From: a virus
Strand: one strand, 5' to 3'
DNA length: 64,000 nt
Virus record (IMG/VR): IMGVR_UViG_3300042484_001802
Positions 1-9,993 of this stretch are shown piece after piece; position 1 is the first letter of the stretch, and every line of letters begins with the position of its first letter. A program made the translations under genes and the position numbers. The notes below the pieces were generated by a model, which was given only the letters and a program-made list of their open reading frames with translations, was not told where the DNA came from and did no database searches.

Positions 1-2
1 CA

Positions 3-776
3 AGTGAAACAGGATCAATGACCGTGTTAAGTTCATCATATGCCTTAACTGCTTCATTTGCGTTAAATGCTGGAGGTGGTGCCGAAGGTAGGACAGCTAA
101 ACTAACACAATCATCACCTGCAACAACTTGGACATTTAACCACAATTTAGGAGAACAATACCCAGAAGTTACTGTTTATGACAGTTTAGGTTATGTGGTT
201 ATTCCTACCAATATATTGGCATACAGTAATAACCAAATGATTATCACATTCTCAAGTGCACAATCTGGTACGGTTACAGCAACAGTTGGTGGTGGTTTGC
301 CGGAAATTAGTGCGAGTTATGCTGGTTATGTATTATCAAATAATGGGACAGTACCTTCTTGGAAATCTGGAATCGTTAGTGGTTCATTACAAATAACTGA
401 ATTTGGTTATGCAATTACTGGTTCAAACACATTTACAGCTAATCAAACAATTAATGGAACCTTAACCATTAACAACGCAAAAATAGGAACAACTTGTGTG
501 TCTTTAGCGTCAACAACGACTGTTTTAAATTTAAGCACATTTGATGGTGTGAATATAGATTATGTTATCAAAAAAAGTGGTAATATGCGAGCAGGTAATG
601 TTATGGGTGTATGGAATGGAAGCACTGTAAAATATAGTGAAACGTCAACAATGGATATTGGAGATACTAGCGAATTTACATTTACAATTAACAATACTGG
701 GGCTGTTACAGCCAATTTCACAACTGGAACTTGGGTTGTTGAAATATTTTATAGAGCGATTGGCGGGTGCTCTTAA
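3..776 (+). CDS. Virion structural/tail-fibre-associated protein, C-terminal part (5' truncated by the window edge)
   Basis: Frame is open from base 3 (SETGS-M). Contains TTWTFNHNLG..YPEVTVYD, a motif common in phage fibre/baseplate proteins, plus beta-rich SGS/TGS segments. Confidence 0.6.
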   Translation, partial: SETGSMTVLSSSYALTASFALNAGGGAEGRTAKLTQSSPATTWTFNHNLGEQYPEVTVYDSLGYVVIPTNILAYSNNQMIITFSSAQSGTVTATVGGGLPEISASYAGYVLSNNGTVPSWKSGIVSGSLQITEFGYAITGSNTFTANQTINGTLTINNAKIGTTCVSLASTTTVLNLSTFDGVNIDYVIKKSGNMRAGNVMGVWNGSTVKYSETSTMDIGDTSEFTFTINNTGAVTANFTTGTWVVEIFYRAIGGCS

Positions 777-814
777 AATTAATTATTTAATACCCATTTA
801 ATTCGTTTAAAATT

Positions 815-824
815 AGTATTTATT
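815..824 (+). promoter_or_regulatory. Putative late-promoter motif AGTATTTATT
   Basis: A TATTTAT core recurs in short intergenic gaps before genes at ~4702, 6192, 9978, 30731, 46084 and (- strand) 63301. Confidence 0.45.
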
Positions 825-832
825 AGTAACAC

Positions 833-854
833 ATTAGTGGAAAGTGAAACTAAT
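833..854 (+). promoter_or_regulatory. Stem-loop (ATTAGT-GGAAAGTGAA-ACTAAT) in the translation-initiation region of the fibre gene
   Basis: Perfect 6-bp inverted repeat with a purine-rich 10-nt loop, ending 5 nt before ATG 860. Confidence 0.4.
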
Positions 855-859
855 AGATT

Positions 860-3800
860 ATGGCAAACGAATTTAAAATTAAGAACGGACTTGTTGTGTC
901 CGGATCAGCAGAAATTGAAAATAATTTAATCGTACGTGGTACCTTAACAGCGGATTTGGTAAACATCTCTCTTGTTAGTTCATCAGTACTATATGAAAGT
1001 GGTTCAACCAAATTTGGTAACACTTCAGACGATTTTCATGAATTTACAGGTTCATTATCTATTAGCGGTTCGTTAAATATTAACGGAACATCTTATACTT
1101 CAGCAACAAGCGGAACATCAGGTACTTCTGGTTCATCAGGAACTAGTGGTTCATCAGGAACTGCCGGCTCTAGTGGTACGTCAGGCACATCTGGTAGTTC
1201 AGGAACTGCTGGTACTTCGGGTTCTAGTGGCTCAAGCGGAACATCAGGAAGTTCTGGGTCTTCCGGAACAAGTGGAACCTCAGGTACGTCTGGGTCTTCT
1301 GGTTCGAGTGGTACTTCAGGTACGAGTGGGTCTTCAGGAAGTTCTGGTTCGTCAGGAACGAGTGGTACATCTGGCACTAGTGGAACGTCAGGTTCTTCTG
1401 GTAGTTCGGGGTCAAGCGGAACTTCAGGTTCTTCGGGTTCGTCTGGAACATCTGGAAGTTCAGGTTCTAGTGGAACGGCTGGCACTAGTGGTACATCAGG
1501 TTCTTCAGGTAGTTCTGGAACAAGTGGTAGTTCAGGGTCAAGTGGTACGTCTGGGACGAGTGGCACATCCGGGTCTTCAGGATCTAGTGGTACATCAGGT
1601 AGTTCAGGTTCATCTGGAACAAGTGGCACTTCAGGTACGTCAGGGTCTTCTGGTTCTAGTGGTACATCAGGGTCTTCTGGTAGCTCAGGAACGTCAGGTT
1701 CTAGTGGTACTAGTGGTAGTTCAGGTTCTAGTGGAACATCAGGTTCTTCAGGTAGTTCTGGAACAAGTGGAACTTCTGGTACATCGGGATCAAGTGGATC
1801 TAGTGGAACATCGGGATCAAGTGGATCTAGTGGAACATCAGGTTCTTCGGGTTCAAGTGGTACCAGTGGTACATCTGGCTCTAGTGGATCTAGCGGTACT
1901 GTAACAATGACTGGAACACAAGATAACGGTATCTTAACACTTAATGGTTCCTCACCAAATGCTACAGTTGAAAGTAATCTAAGATTTGATGGCTCATTAC
2001 TAACGGTTGTCGGCAATGAAACTATATCAGGTTCATTAATTGTTACAAACGACTTTACAGTATTAGGTTCTTCTTCAATATTATATGTAACATCATCACA
2101 ACTTAGAATTGCAGATAATATTATCACAGTTAACACTTCAAATCCAGGCGCCAGATTTGGTGGTTTAGAGGTATTTGATTCTGGTTCAATTAATAATGCC
2201 ACCGGATCAATTCTTTGGGATTCTGTTAATAACAGATGGATATATCAAAATTCAAGTGATGCTGGTTATGGTGGGGGTATGTTTTTATCTGGACCACGTA
2301 GTTCAGGGTCTTTAGGGTCTGAATTATCGTTAACAAGTGGTAAAATAGCAAAATCGGCAGGTGGTGACCATCTTAACGATTCAAATATAACTGATACGGG
2401 TACTTTAGTATCAATAAATTCAAATACAGAAATAACAGGTACGTTAAGAGTAACTTCAAATTTATTTATTAACGGAACTTCATATACTGCTGCTACTTCA
2501 GGTACTTCGGGTACATCAGGTTCAAGTGGTACGTCTGGAACATCCGGTTCATCGGGAACTGCGGGTTCATCTGGAACATCAGGTAGTTCAGGGTCATCTG
2601 GTACATCAGGTTCTTCAGGTTCAAGTGGAACATCGGGCACTAGTGGAACATCAGGTAGTTCAGGTTCAAGTGGAACATCTGGGTCTTCTGGTAGTTCAGG
2701 AACGTCTGGAACAAGTGGAACATCCGGTTCTAATGGTTCTAGTGGAACTTCAGGTAGTTCTGGATCATCAGGTACTAGTGGTACTTCAGGTTCGTCAGGT
2801 AGTTCAGGGTCAAGCGGAACGTCTGGGTCTTCTGGTTCTAGTGGTACATCGGGTTCTAGTGGAACGTCGGGTTCTTCAGGTTCAAGTGGTAGTTCGGGAT
2901 CAAACGGGTCAAGCGGTACTTCAGGTTCTAGTGGTTCTAGCGGCACATCGGGCAGTTCAGGTTCTTCTGGTTCGTCAGGCACTTCTGGATCTAGTGGGTC
3001 TTCAGGTAGCTCAGGATCTAGTGGTTCATCAGGTTCATCAGGAAGTTCTGGGTCTTCTGGAACATCTGGTTCTAGCGGGTCTTCTGGGACATCTGGTTCT
3101 AGTGGTAGTTCTGGCTCATCTGGATCTAGTGGTTCATCAGGAAGTTCTGGTTCGTCAGGTACTTCAGGTTCTAGTGGGTCTTCTGGAAGTTCTGGATCTA
3201 GTGGTTCATCAGGTTCATCAGGTTCATCAGGAAGTTCTGGTTCATCAGGCGCTGCGACAATTAATAGTAACGTAAACGATTATGTTTTAACAGCAACAGG
3301 TACCGCCGGACTAATTCAAGGTGAATCAAATTTAACATTTGATGGTTCAACATTATCAACGAGTAACGTTACCGCTACTGGTACGTATAATACAAATGCG
3401 TCATCAAGTAGAAACAAATATAACGTTTATTCAACGGGTGCAAGTCCTTACGCTATTGGTATGCAATCAGCAATCACTTATGGTGGTTTAAATGACTGGG
3501 GAATGACCTTCCAATTTAACAACGACAGCGGCAGAGGATTCTGGTGGGGTGACGAAGGACATTCAACAGCACAAGGTGCTATGGCATTAACTACTGACGG
3601 TAGATTAACAGTGGCAAATGATGTTAGAATCGGTTATGGTGAATCTGACGTCACAACACCAACACTACCATTACAAGTATATGGTTCTGGTGGAACAATT
3701 GTTGATATTCAAGGTTCTAGTGGGCAGTTATTCTCGGTAACAGATGATTTAACTGGTGACATATTCTCTATTTCAGATATATCAGGTATACCATTCATAA

Positions 3801-4063
3801 ATGTTAATACAACAAATGGTACTAGTTTTGGATATCATATATTCCCATCAGTTAACAACACCTATAACTTAGGTACATCAGCACTTAGATGGGCAAACGT
3901 TTTTACGAATGACTTACACTTAAGTAATGAAGGTAAAGAAGGTGGGAATGAAATTGATGGTACAACTGGTAATTGGACTATTCAGGAAGGGGAAGAAAAT
4001 CTGTATATTATCAATAATAAGAATGGTAAAAAGTTCAAAATCAATCTAACGGAAATAGAATAA
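860..4063 (+). CDS. Long fibre protein 1 with two Ser/Thr-rich Gly-X-X tracts
   Basis: 1067 aa, N-terminus MANEFKIKNG, two SGT/SGS tracts. The C-terminus NLGTSALRWANVFTNDLHLSN...WTIQEGEENLYIINNKNGKKFK is typical of phage fibre tips. Confidence 0.75.
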   Translation: MANEFKIKNGLVVSGSAEIENNLIVRGTLTADLVNISLVSSSVLYESGSTKFGNTSDDFHEFTGSLSISGSLNINGTSYTSATSGTSGTSGSSGTSGSSGTAGSSGTSGTSGSSGTAGTSGSSGSSGTSGSSGSSGTSGTSGTSGSSGSSGTSGTSGSSGSSGSSGTSGTSGTSGTSGSSGSSGSSGTSGSSGSSGTSGSSGSSGTAGTSGTSGSSGSSGTSGSSGSSGTSGTSGTSGSSGSSGTSGSSGSSGTSGTSGTSGSSGSSGTSGSSGSSGTSGSSGTSGSSGSSGTSGSSGSSGTSGTSGTSGSSGSSGTSGSSGSSGTSGSSGSSGTSGTSGSSGSSGTVTMTGTQDNGILTLNGSSPNATVESNLRFDGSLLTVVGNETISGSLIVTNDFTVLGSSSILYVTSSQLRIADNIITVNTSNPGARFGGLEVFDSGSINNATGSILWDSVNNRWIYQNSSDAGYGGGMFLSGPRSSGSLGSELSLTSGKIAKSAGGDHLNDSNITDTGTLVSINSNTEITGTLRVTSNLFINGTSYTAATSGTSGTSGSSGTSGTSGSSGTAGSSGTSGSSGSSGTSGSSGSSGTSGTSGTSGSSGSSGTSGSSGSSGTSGTSGTSGSNGSSGTSGSSGSSGTSGTSGSSGSSGSSGTSGSSGSSGTSGSSGTSGSSGSSGSSGSNGSSGTSGSSGSSGTSGSSGSSGSSGTSGSSGSSGSSGSSGSSGSSGSSGSSGTSGSSGSSGTSGSSGSSGSSGSSGSSGSSGSSGTSGSSGSSGSSGSSGSSGSSGSSGSSGSSGAATINSNVNDYVLTATGTAGLIQGESNLTFDGSTLSTSNVTATGTYNTNASSSRNKYNVYSTGASPYAIGMQSAITYGGLNDWGMTFQFNNDSGRGFWWGDEGHSTAQGAMALTTDGRLTVANDVRIGYGESDVTTPTLPLQVYGSGGTIVDIQGSSGQLFSVTDDLTGDIFSISDISGIPFINVNTTNGTSFGYHIFPSVNNTYNLGTSALRWANVFTNDLHLSNEGKEGGNEIDGTTGNWTIQEGEENLYIINNKNGKKFKINLTEIE
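1109..1900 (+). repeat. (Ser-Gly-Thr/Ser)n coding repeat, ~264 aa
   Basis: Gly at every third residue without interruption; synonymous codons highly varied. Confidence 0.95.
2498..3250 (+). repeat. (Ser-Gly-Ser/Thr)n coding repeat, ~251 aa
   Basis: Same triplet periodicity, becoming Ser-only toward the 3' end. Confidence 0.95.
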
Positions 4064-4066
4064 TAT

Positions 4067-4699
4067 ATGGCTTTCAATATTGGTGGTACAACCCTAAGTA
4101 GCTCAACAATTACACCTACAAGTGGATTGTTTACATTATCAAGTACGGAATTATCTGGAACTGGTTATGTAACAAAAGGCACAACAAAAGCATTTAGTGC
4201 TAATGGAAGTACTGGTGGTGCTTATAGTAATGGTTGGCAATATCCAAACAATACTGGGTGGGATGGTGCTGGTAATTGGCAAGTGTTTACTGGGTCAAAA
4301 ATTGGTTGGGTAACAGATGCACAAAGAGGTAGTGATTTTAGCACCTCAACAGGGAGATTTACCGCTTCTGTAGCTGGTTGGTATGTGTTTAGTGCAAGTG
4401 CATATGCGTTAAATGATTTAGCTGCGCCATATAACACTGGTTCAGGTTATATTCACTTACAATTTGCCAAAAATGGGTCAAGAGATTGGAACAACGGGTA
4501 TAACCCATTAACGATTTATATGTATGGTGCTGCAGGAGGTAATTCTGGGGCTAGTAGTGGTTATGCAGATGGCGCAACAGTAAATGGTGTTATGCAACTT
4601 GCTGTTGGTGACTACGTTGAGATGCATATGTATATAAACGCAAATTCAACAAGAGTTTATGCACCATATACTACGTTTTTTGGTGCACTAGTTGGTTAA
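4067..4699 (+). CDS. C1q-like domain protein
   Basis: AFSA...GRFTASVAGWYVFS...VMQLAVGDYVEM...TFFGALV matches the C1q/TNF-like pattern. Confidence 0.8.
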   Translation: MAFNIGGTTLSSSTITPTSGLFTLSSTELSGTGYVTKGTTKAFSANGSTGGAYSNGWQYPNNTGWDGAGNWQVFTGSKIGWVTDAQRGSDFSTSTGRFTASVAGWYVFSASAYALNDLAAPYNTGSGYIHLQFAKNGSRDWNNGYNPLTIYMYGAAGGNSGASSGYADGATVNGVMQLAVGDYVEMHMYINANSTRVYAPYTTFFGALVG

Positions 4700-4727
4700 T
4701 AATATTTATATTTATAAAAAGTAAAAT

Positions 4728-5018
4728 ATGGTAACATACACAATTACATTATCAGATGCAGAAGACAAAGCATTAGGATATGTCGCATTATCACAACAAG
4801 ATTGGATGGAAAATGCAATTAAAGCAAGATGCGAAAACGCAATTCAAGAAATTTTTCAATTAGAAGTTGAAAGAAAGATTGCTGCGGGTGAATCAATAAC
4901 TGGTACTAAAGAAGAAATTGTTTTAGCAGCTAATATTAGAAGTGCTGCTGAAAGAGCATCTGACCCACCACCAGACATTTATGGAATAACTAATATAATC
5001 CCAGATCCTTTCGTATAA
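4728..5018 (+). CDS. Small phage protein associated with C1q genes (possible chaperone/adaptor)
   Basis: 96 aa, YTITLSDAEDKAL...QDWMENA; translationally coupled to the next gene (TAATG). Confidence 0.6.
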   Translation: MVTYTITLSDAEDKALGYVALSQQDWMENAIKARCENAIQEIFQLEVERKIAAGESITGTKEEIVLAANIRSAAERASDPPPDIYGITNIIPDPFV

Positions 5019-5590
5019 TGGCAACATATATTGGTAATAGCACATTAACATCATCAACTTACACGGCATCAGGTAACTCACTTGGTGTCAGTGGTAATCT
5101 TGCTATTACTGGGAACGTTAGTATTAGTGGACAACCAGCATTTAACGCTAGAGGTACTGGTGGTTGGCTTTATAATAGTAGTTTTTCAGGTGCTGGATGG
5201 GGTGAATTAGGTTCTGGAATGGGTTGGGTGTCCACACAGCAAGGCACAGGTTCTTATGGATTTAATAATAGTAATGGCAGATACACCGCACCAATAACAG
5301 GAAAATATTATTTTCACGCATCTACACACTATTACAATGACAGTAACGGTACAGCAAATTATATACATTGGCTTTTTGGTGTGAATGGTTCACCAAGTTG
5401 GAATGTCGGAAGTACTCCATATAACATTTATGCTCACGGAGAAGTTGCCAACTATGCGGATGGTATTAACGTATCTGGTGTCATTAGTTTAAGTCAAGGT
5501 GATTATGTGAGTATACGTCCATATTGGGCTGGGAGTGGCGGTAGATTGTATGCTTACCACACATTATTTTGTGCACATTTAATCATGTAA
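5018..5590 (+). CDS. C1q-like domain protein
   Basis: QPAFNA...GRYTAPITGKYYF...ISLSQGDYVS...FCAHLI. Confidence 0.8.
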   Translation: MATYIGNSTLTSSTYTASGNSLGVSGNLAITGNVSISGQPAFNARGTGGWLYNSSFSGAGWGELGSGMGWVSTQQGTGSYGFNNSNGRYTAPITGKYYFHASTHYYNDSNGTANYIHWLFGVNGSPSWNVGSTPYNIYAHGEVANYADGINVSGVISLSQGDYVSIRPYWAGSGGRLYAYHTLFCAHLIM

Positions 5591-5593
5591 ATT

Positions 5594-6175
5594 ATGGGAA
5601 TTAACGTAGGCGGTACAACATATGATTCAACGATATTCACACCAACAGGTGGGATATTAAACATTTCTGGTAATCTAACTATTGGTACAGATTTAAAGTC
5701 ATCTGGTCAACCTTGGTTTAATTCTAGAGGTGCAGCAGGTGCTTGGAGATATGCGTCAGATTTTGGTGGTGTAAATGGTTGGAGGGAAATGGGTTCAACA
5801 ATGTCATGGACAAATAACCAACAAGGCGCTGGTTCATACGGCTTTAGTAATAGTACTGGTAGATATACCGCACCAGTTGCTGGATATTATCTTTTTTACA
5901 CATCAGATTATTACCATAATGACAGTAATAGTACATCGAACTACATACATTATAATTTTTCCAGAAATGGTTCTTCTAGTTGGAACGCTAGCCAAAGTAG
6001 TCACACAATATATGGTCATGGCACCGTTGCAAATCACGTTGATGGCGTTGTTAACTCATGTATAATGTATCTAAACGTTGGTGATTATTGCAGTAATTTA
6101 ATTTATTGGGGTAGTGGTGGTTCTGGAAGAATATATACTGATTATCACTTATTCTGCGGGATATTAATCGGTTAA
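5594..6175 (+). CDS. C1q-like domain protein (paralogue of 5018-5590)
   Basis: GRYTAPVAGYYLF...MYLNVGDY...FCGILI; shares QQGxGSYGF and YxNDSN motifs with its neighbour. Confidence 0.8.
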   Translation: MGINVGGTTYDSTIFTPTGGILNISGNLTIGTDLKSSGQPWFNSRGAAGAWRYASDFGGVNGWREMGSTMSWTNNQQGAGSYGFSNSTGRYTAPVAGYYLFYTSDYYHNDSNSTSNYIHYNFSRNGSSSWNASQSSHTIYGHGTVANHVDGVVNSCIMYLNVGDYCSNLIYWGSGGSGRIYTDYHLFCGILIG

Positions 6176-6202
6176 ATAACAAATTTTATTCTATTTATAG
6201 TT

Positions 6203-6877
6203 ATGGGTTTATATAGAGGACCAAAAATATTTACTGAAGGTTTAACATTTGCTTTAGATGCTGGAACCTCAAGATCGTATCCTGGTACAGGAACATCTTG
6301 GACAGCTATTAGAGGTAATAGTGTTGGTACACTATATAATGGTGTTGGTTACACAACTGCCAAAGGTGGTGGTTTAACTTTTGATGGATCAAATGACTAT
6401 GTTGAGTTAAATAGAAATGACATACTTTTAGGAACCAATCCATTTACATTTGAATGTTTTTATACTATCAATGCATTTAATGGTGGTGGTGAAATATTTG
6501 GAACCTATGGTTCAGGATATTCATCATCAAGTTATGTTTGGATATCTGGTGAATATGGGTTTTATATTGGGGGAGCTGTTTATTATCCCGGATACCCCCT
6601 TGGTGCCGGTACATATTGCATGACAGTAACTAGAACAAGTTTTGGGTACACTGTTTTATACAAAAATGGTGTAGCTGTTAATACCGGAACATTAACTGGA
6701 AGTTTAACTGCCGGACCAAATTATAGAATCGGTGCTGACACAACTAGTGCAGGCGGCGTTGGTGGTGAGAGATTAAATGGGGCCGTTTATTCAATAAAGG
6801 TATATGACCGAGATTTTACAGCGGATGAAGTTTTAAATAATTATAATGCTCAAAAATCAAGATACGGATTAACTTAA
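6203..6877 (+). CDS. LamG/concanavalin A-like domain protein
   Basis: GLTFALDAG..SYPGTGTSW...FDGSNDYV...IKVYDRDFTADEV.NNYNAQKSRYGL. Confidence 0.8.
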   Translation: MGLYRGPKIFTEGLTFALDAGTSRSYPGTGTSWTAIRGNSVGTLYNGVGYTTAKGGGLTFDGSNDYVELNRNDILLGTNPFTFECFYTINAFNGGGEIFGTYGSGYSSSSYVWISGEYGFYIGGAVYYPGYPLGAGTYCMTVTRTSFGYTVLYKNGVAVNTGTLTGSLTAGPNYRIGADTTSAGGVGGERLNGAVYSIKVYDRDFTADEVLNNYNAQKSRYGLT

Positions 6878-6887
6878 AATTAAAAAT

Positions 6888-7217
6888 ATGTTAGAAAATA
6901 GAAGATGGTTAGTAATACCAACAAGCACAACTGGTTCAATAAATTTTGACCAAGTAAAAGAATCAAGTATTGATAGTTTAAGGTTATCTGTCGATGGGTC
7001 TAAGACGTTTGTTAAATACGATGTGATGGTTGTTGAAACAACCACAACTGAAACTCAAATAAACGCAGAAACTGGCGATGAAATGACAATTACAACTGAA
7101 GCCGGAATTTATGGTAGACCAGACATATACTCAGAAGAATATCCTGAGTATACTCATGAAGAAATTTTAGAATTATTAAGCACAACTGAATGGACAACAC
7201 CAATAGAAAATAAATGA
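6888..7217 (+). CDS. Phage hypothetical protein (acidic, LamG-cluster associated)
   Basis: INFDQVKESS.DSLRLSVDGSKTFVKY...YTHEEILELL.TTEW; overlaps the next ATG. Confidence 0.6.
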   Translation: MLENRRWLVIPTSTTGSINFDQVKESSIDSLRLSVDGSKTFVKYDVMVVETTTTETQINAETGDEMTITTEAGIYGRPDIYSEEYPEYTHEEILELLSTTEWTTPIENK

Positions 7218-8440
7218 GTGTAAACATACCAAACATAACAAGCGATGGATTAGTTTTTGGATATGACGCACATCCTAGTAGTAGATTTGCGCCAGGTCCA
7301 CCACTAAGAAACGTGTGTTCAGGAATAGGGTTTGGTTATGGAAACCAAAATAGTTCCCTTTTCAAAAAACAGAATTCAACGTATACTGCGGTAATTCCAG
7401 GTGTTGGAACAAGAACAGTATACGCTGTTGAAACGTATAATGATTATAATGGTGGTTCGGGTAACTGTTGTTTATCATTATTTACTTTTGGTGGTGTAAG
7501 TGTTAGTTCTAGTACACCATATACGTATCAAATTATTTACAGAACGAAAACAGATAATGTTGGTGCAAACTATATGTACCACTATGAGTATGGACCAAGT
7601 GGGTATTTAACAGAATACGGATTACATAGTACAAGTAGAAGAACTGCATTAGGTGATGGTTGGTGGCACGCTTGGGGACAATTTACATCTAACGCAAGTG
7701 CCAATTATTTTAATTTGTATCTTTTTCATTATGAATATGGTGTTCACAATAAAATAGAAGTTGCAGACGTTTCATTAACACCAGGTAATAGTATTTTAAG
7801 ACCATCACAATTCCCAGCACTTAACAGTACACGCGCAGGTACTGCGGCGTTATTAGATTTAAAAGGTAACGCACTTATTAATGCGTCCGATATTACATAT
7901 GATGCAAACGGTTATCCATATTTTGATGGTACTAATGATCAAATAATTTTAGATAGCTACGCAACTACAGTACCTAACGGTAACATAACTGTGGAGGCGG
8001 TTGTTAAATTCACGGCAATGAATGCAAATAAAGTAGTTGTAGCACATGGTGGGAATGGTTCAAATGATAAAGGGTTTTTGTTCTTATATGAAAACTCAAC
8101 TTATGGTTTAGCATTTGCAATCTACGACAATCCAAATTTTGGTTGGGCTAGAACAGGTATTGGTAGCCCTGCAACACAGTACGTGAATCAATATATTCAT
8201 ATGGTTGGTACATATGATAATCAATACGTTAGATTATATATCAATGGAAATTTAATTCAAACAGTACAATTTACTGGTGGATTTGAAAGACAAAACACAT
8301 TTAGGATTGGTAATGAAGTTAATAGAAGTTATTTTATGAGTGGCGAAATACCTGTTGTTAAATTGTATAATAAAGTATTAACAGCAACAGAGATAACAAA
8401 TAATTATAATGGATATAAAAGTAGATATGGTTTAACATAA
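7214..8440 (+). CDS. LamG domain protein with an inserted beta-sandwich domain
   Basis: N-terminal GLVFGYD, C-terminal FDGTND...VKLYNKVLTATEI..NY..YKSRYGL, with an extra ~180 aa insert. Confidence 0.75.
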   Translation: MSVNIPNITSDGLVFGYDAHPSSRFAPGPPLRNVCSGIGFGYGNQNSSLFKKQNSTYTAVIPGVGTRTVYAVETYNDYNGGSGNCCLSLFTFGGVSVSSSTPYTYQIIYRTKTDNVGANYMYHYEYGPSGYLTEYGLHSTSRRTALGDGWWHAWGQFTSNASANYFNLYLFHYEYGVHNKIEVADVSLTPGNSILRPSQFPALNSTRAGTAALLDLKGNALINASDITYDANGYPYFDGTNDQIILDSYATTVPNGNITVEAVVKFTAMNANKVVVAHGGNGSNDKGFLFLYENSTYGLAFAIYDNPNFGWARTGIGSPATQYVNQYIHMVGTYDNQYVRLYINGNLIQTVQFTGGFERQNTFRIGNEVNRSYFMSGEIPVVKLYNKVLTATEITNNYNGYKSRYGLT

Positions 8441-9957
8441 TGAATATAGGCCCAAGAAATATTACAAGTGGTTTGGTTTTCGGTTATGATACTGGAGGTG
8501 AGAATAGATTTTACCCTGGGGAACCAACAACCAACATTTTACCAAGTCCAGAATACAATGGTAGATTTGCTGCTGGAAACGGTTGGGGAACTTATAATAC
8601 AAACAAATATTGTGGTAACAATGGTTGTGCGGTACATTGGACAATCCCATCAATATCAAGCGTATCAAGTAATATTATTACAACATCAAGCGCCCATCAA
8701 ATATTATCATTTGATGTTATTCAACCTAACGCAACTGGAGGCGGTGTAAATGCTGGACAAAATTATGTTGCTAAAAAAATAAGTGATACACAATTTTCAT
8801 TACATGAATATAATAGTTCTCAAGATGGTTCACAAGGTTATATAAACCCAACGACTGGATTTTTTAAAGTACATGATGCATATGCTAATGATACTAGAAT
8901 ATCTGTAAGCGCTTCTGGATTTCCGACGGGATGGTGGGGATCACCCCACTTACCAAACTCTGGTTTGATTAAAGAAATTGTACCAAACGGTGGTAGAGTT
9001 CCTGGTACAAATTCTTTAAGATTACACGCATATAGACCAGATGGTGTTGTTGACGGAATGGCGTATGGTGTTTACACATCGGTAAATCAAGGACAAGTAA
9101 TTACGTTATCATTTTGGCACAAAGCAGCGTCACCAACTTCAGTTGGTCAATCATGTGGTTGGAGTTCATATTTTGGTGGAAACTCAGCACCTAGTGGCGG
9201 GTTTACCTTGGGTGAAAAATGGCAAAAATATCAATTAACTTGGACAGCATCTGTTACATATGGTTTCATTTTATATTTTTGGCCACCAGCGTTATCTACT
9301 TTTGACATGGCGGATATGCAAGTAGAGGTAAAAGACCACGCAACACCGTTTACATTAAGTTCAAGGTCAAATACAAATGCATTGTTAGATGTTACTGGAA
9401 ACAGAACAATAAATGTGTCAAACATGTCATTTGATTCAAATGCTATTCCTGTTTTTGATGGCACAAATGATTATCTTAGCATTGGGTCTGTTAATTTATT
9501 TGCGATGACAAATTCCACACTAGAAGCGGTTATTTACATGAATAACTTGTCTAGTCCAGACAATTCATATAATATATTTGGTGGTATATCTGATGAGGGT
9601 TATCATGGTTATCATGAAATTAGAAATAGTGGTAGCGGTTATAAAATGACATATTGGACATCATCAAATGGGTGGCAATATGCAAATACGTCTTTATCCG
9701 CTGGAATATGGTATCATGTTGTTTGGGTATGGGTTGGAACAACACTTACTTGGTACTTAAATGGTGTTTCTGATGGTAGTTACGCGTTCTCATCATTTTC
9801 ACCGTATGGATTAGGTATAAATAGAATTAGTTCATTCCCAAATGAAAGGTATATGAATGGTAAAATACCTCTTGCTAAAATTTATAACAGAGCACTATCC
9901 GCTTCTGAAATATCACAACACTATTACTCATACAAAACCAGATTTGGAATAAGTTAA
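8440..9957 (+). CDS. LamG domain protein with an inserted carbohydrate-binding-like domain
   Basis: GLVFGYD..FYPGEPTTN; ITLSFWHK...WQKY...MQVEVKDHATPF; C-terminal LamG IYNRALSASEI...KTRFGI. Confidence 0.75.
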   Translation: MNIGPRNITSGLVFGYDTGGENRFYPGEPTTNILPSPEYNGRFAAGNGWGTYNTNKYCGNNGCAVHWTIPSISSVSSNIITTSSAHQILSFDVIQPNATGGGVNAGQNYVAKKISDTQFSLHEYNSSQDGSQGYINPTTGFFKVHDAYANDTRISVSASGFPTGWWGSPHLPNSGLIKEIVPNGGRVPGTNSLRLHAYRPDGVVDGMAYGVYTSVNQGQVITLSFWHKAASPTSVGQSCGWSSYFGGNSAPSGGFTLGEKWQKYQLTWTASVTYGFILYFWPPALSTFDMADMQVEVKDHATPFTLSSRSNTNALLDVTGNRTINVSNMSFDSNAIPVFDGTNDYLSIGSVNLFAMTNSTLEAVIYMNNLSSPDNSYNIFGGISDEGYHGYHEIRNSGSGYKMTYWTSSNGWQYANTSLSAGIWYHVVWVWVGTTLTWYLNGVSDGSYAFSSFSPYGLGINRISSFPNERYMNGKIPLAKIYNRALSASEISQHYYSYKTRFGIS

Positions 9958-9993
9958 TTTTTATTTTCAAAGATTTTTATTTATATTACCAAT

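Noticed and set aside
1093-2982. Long minus-strand Pro/Glu/Asp/Val ORFs (also 46111-47271 and 47485-48636)
   Set aside because: Antisense shadows of the Ser-Gly-Thr codons, which rarely generate stops; they track the repeats.
1109-3250. Repeats as a CRISPR array or an ice-nucleation protein
   Set aside because: No constant repeat/unique spacer structure and no cas genes. Periodicity is 3 aa, without the AGYGST octamer of InaZ.
1146-3275. Alternative-frame VVHQVLQ-type ORFs (also 46392-47123 and 47865-48650)
   Set aside because: Frame-shifted readings confined to the repeats, with no independent coding signal.
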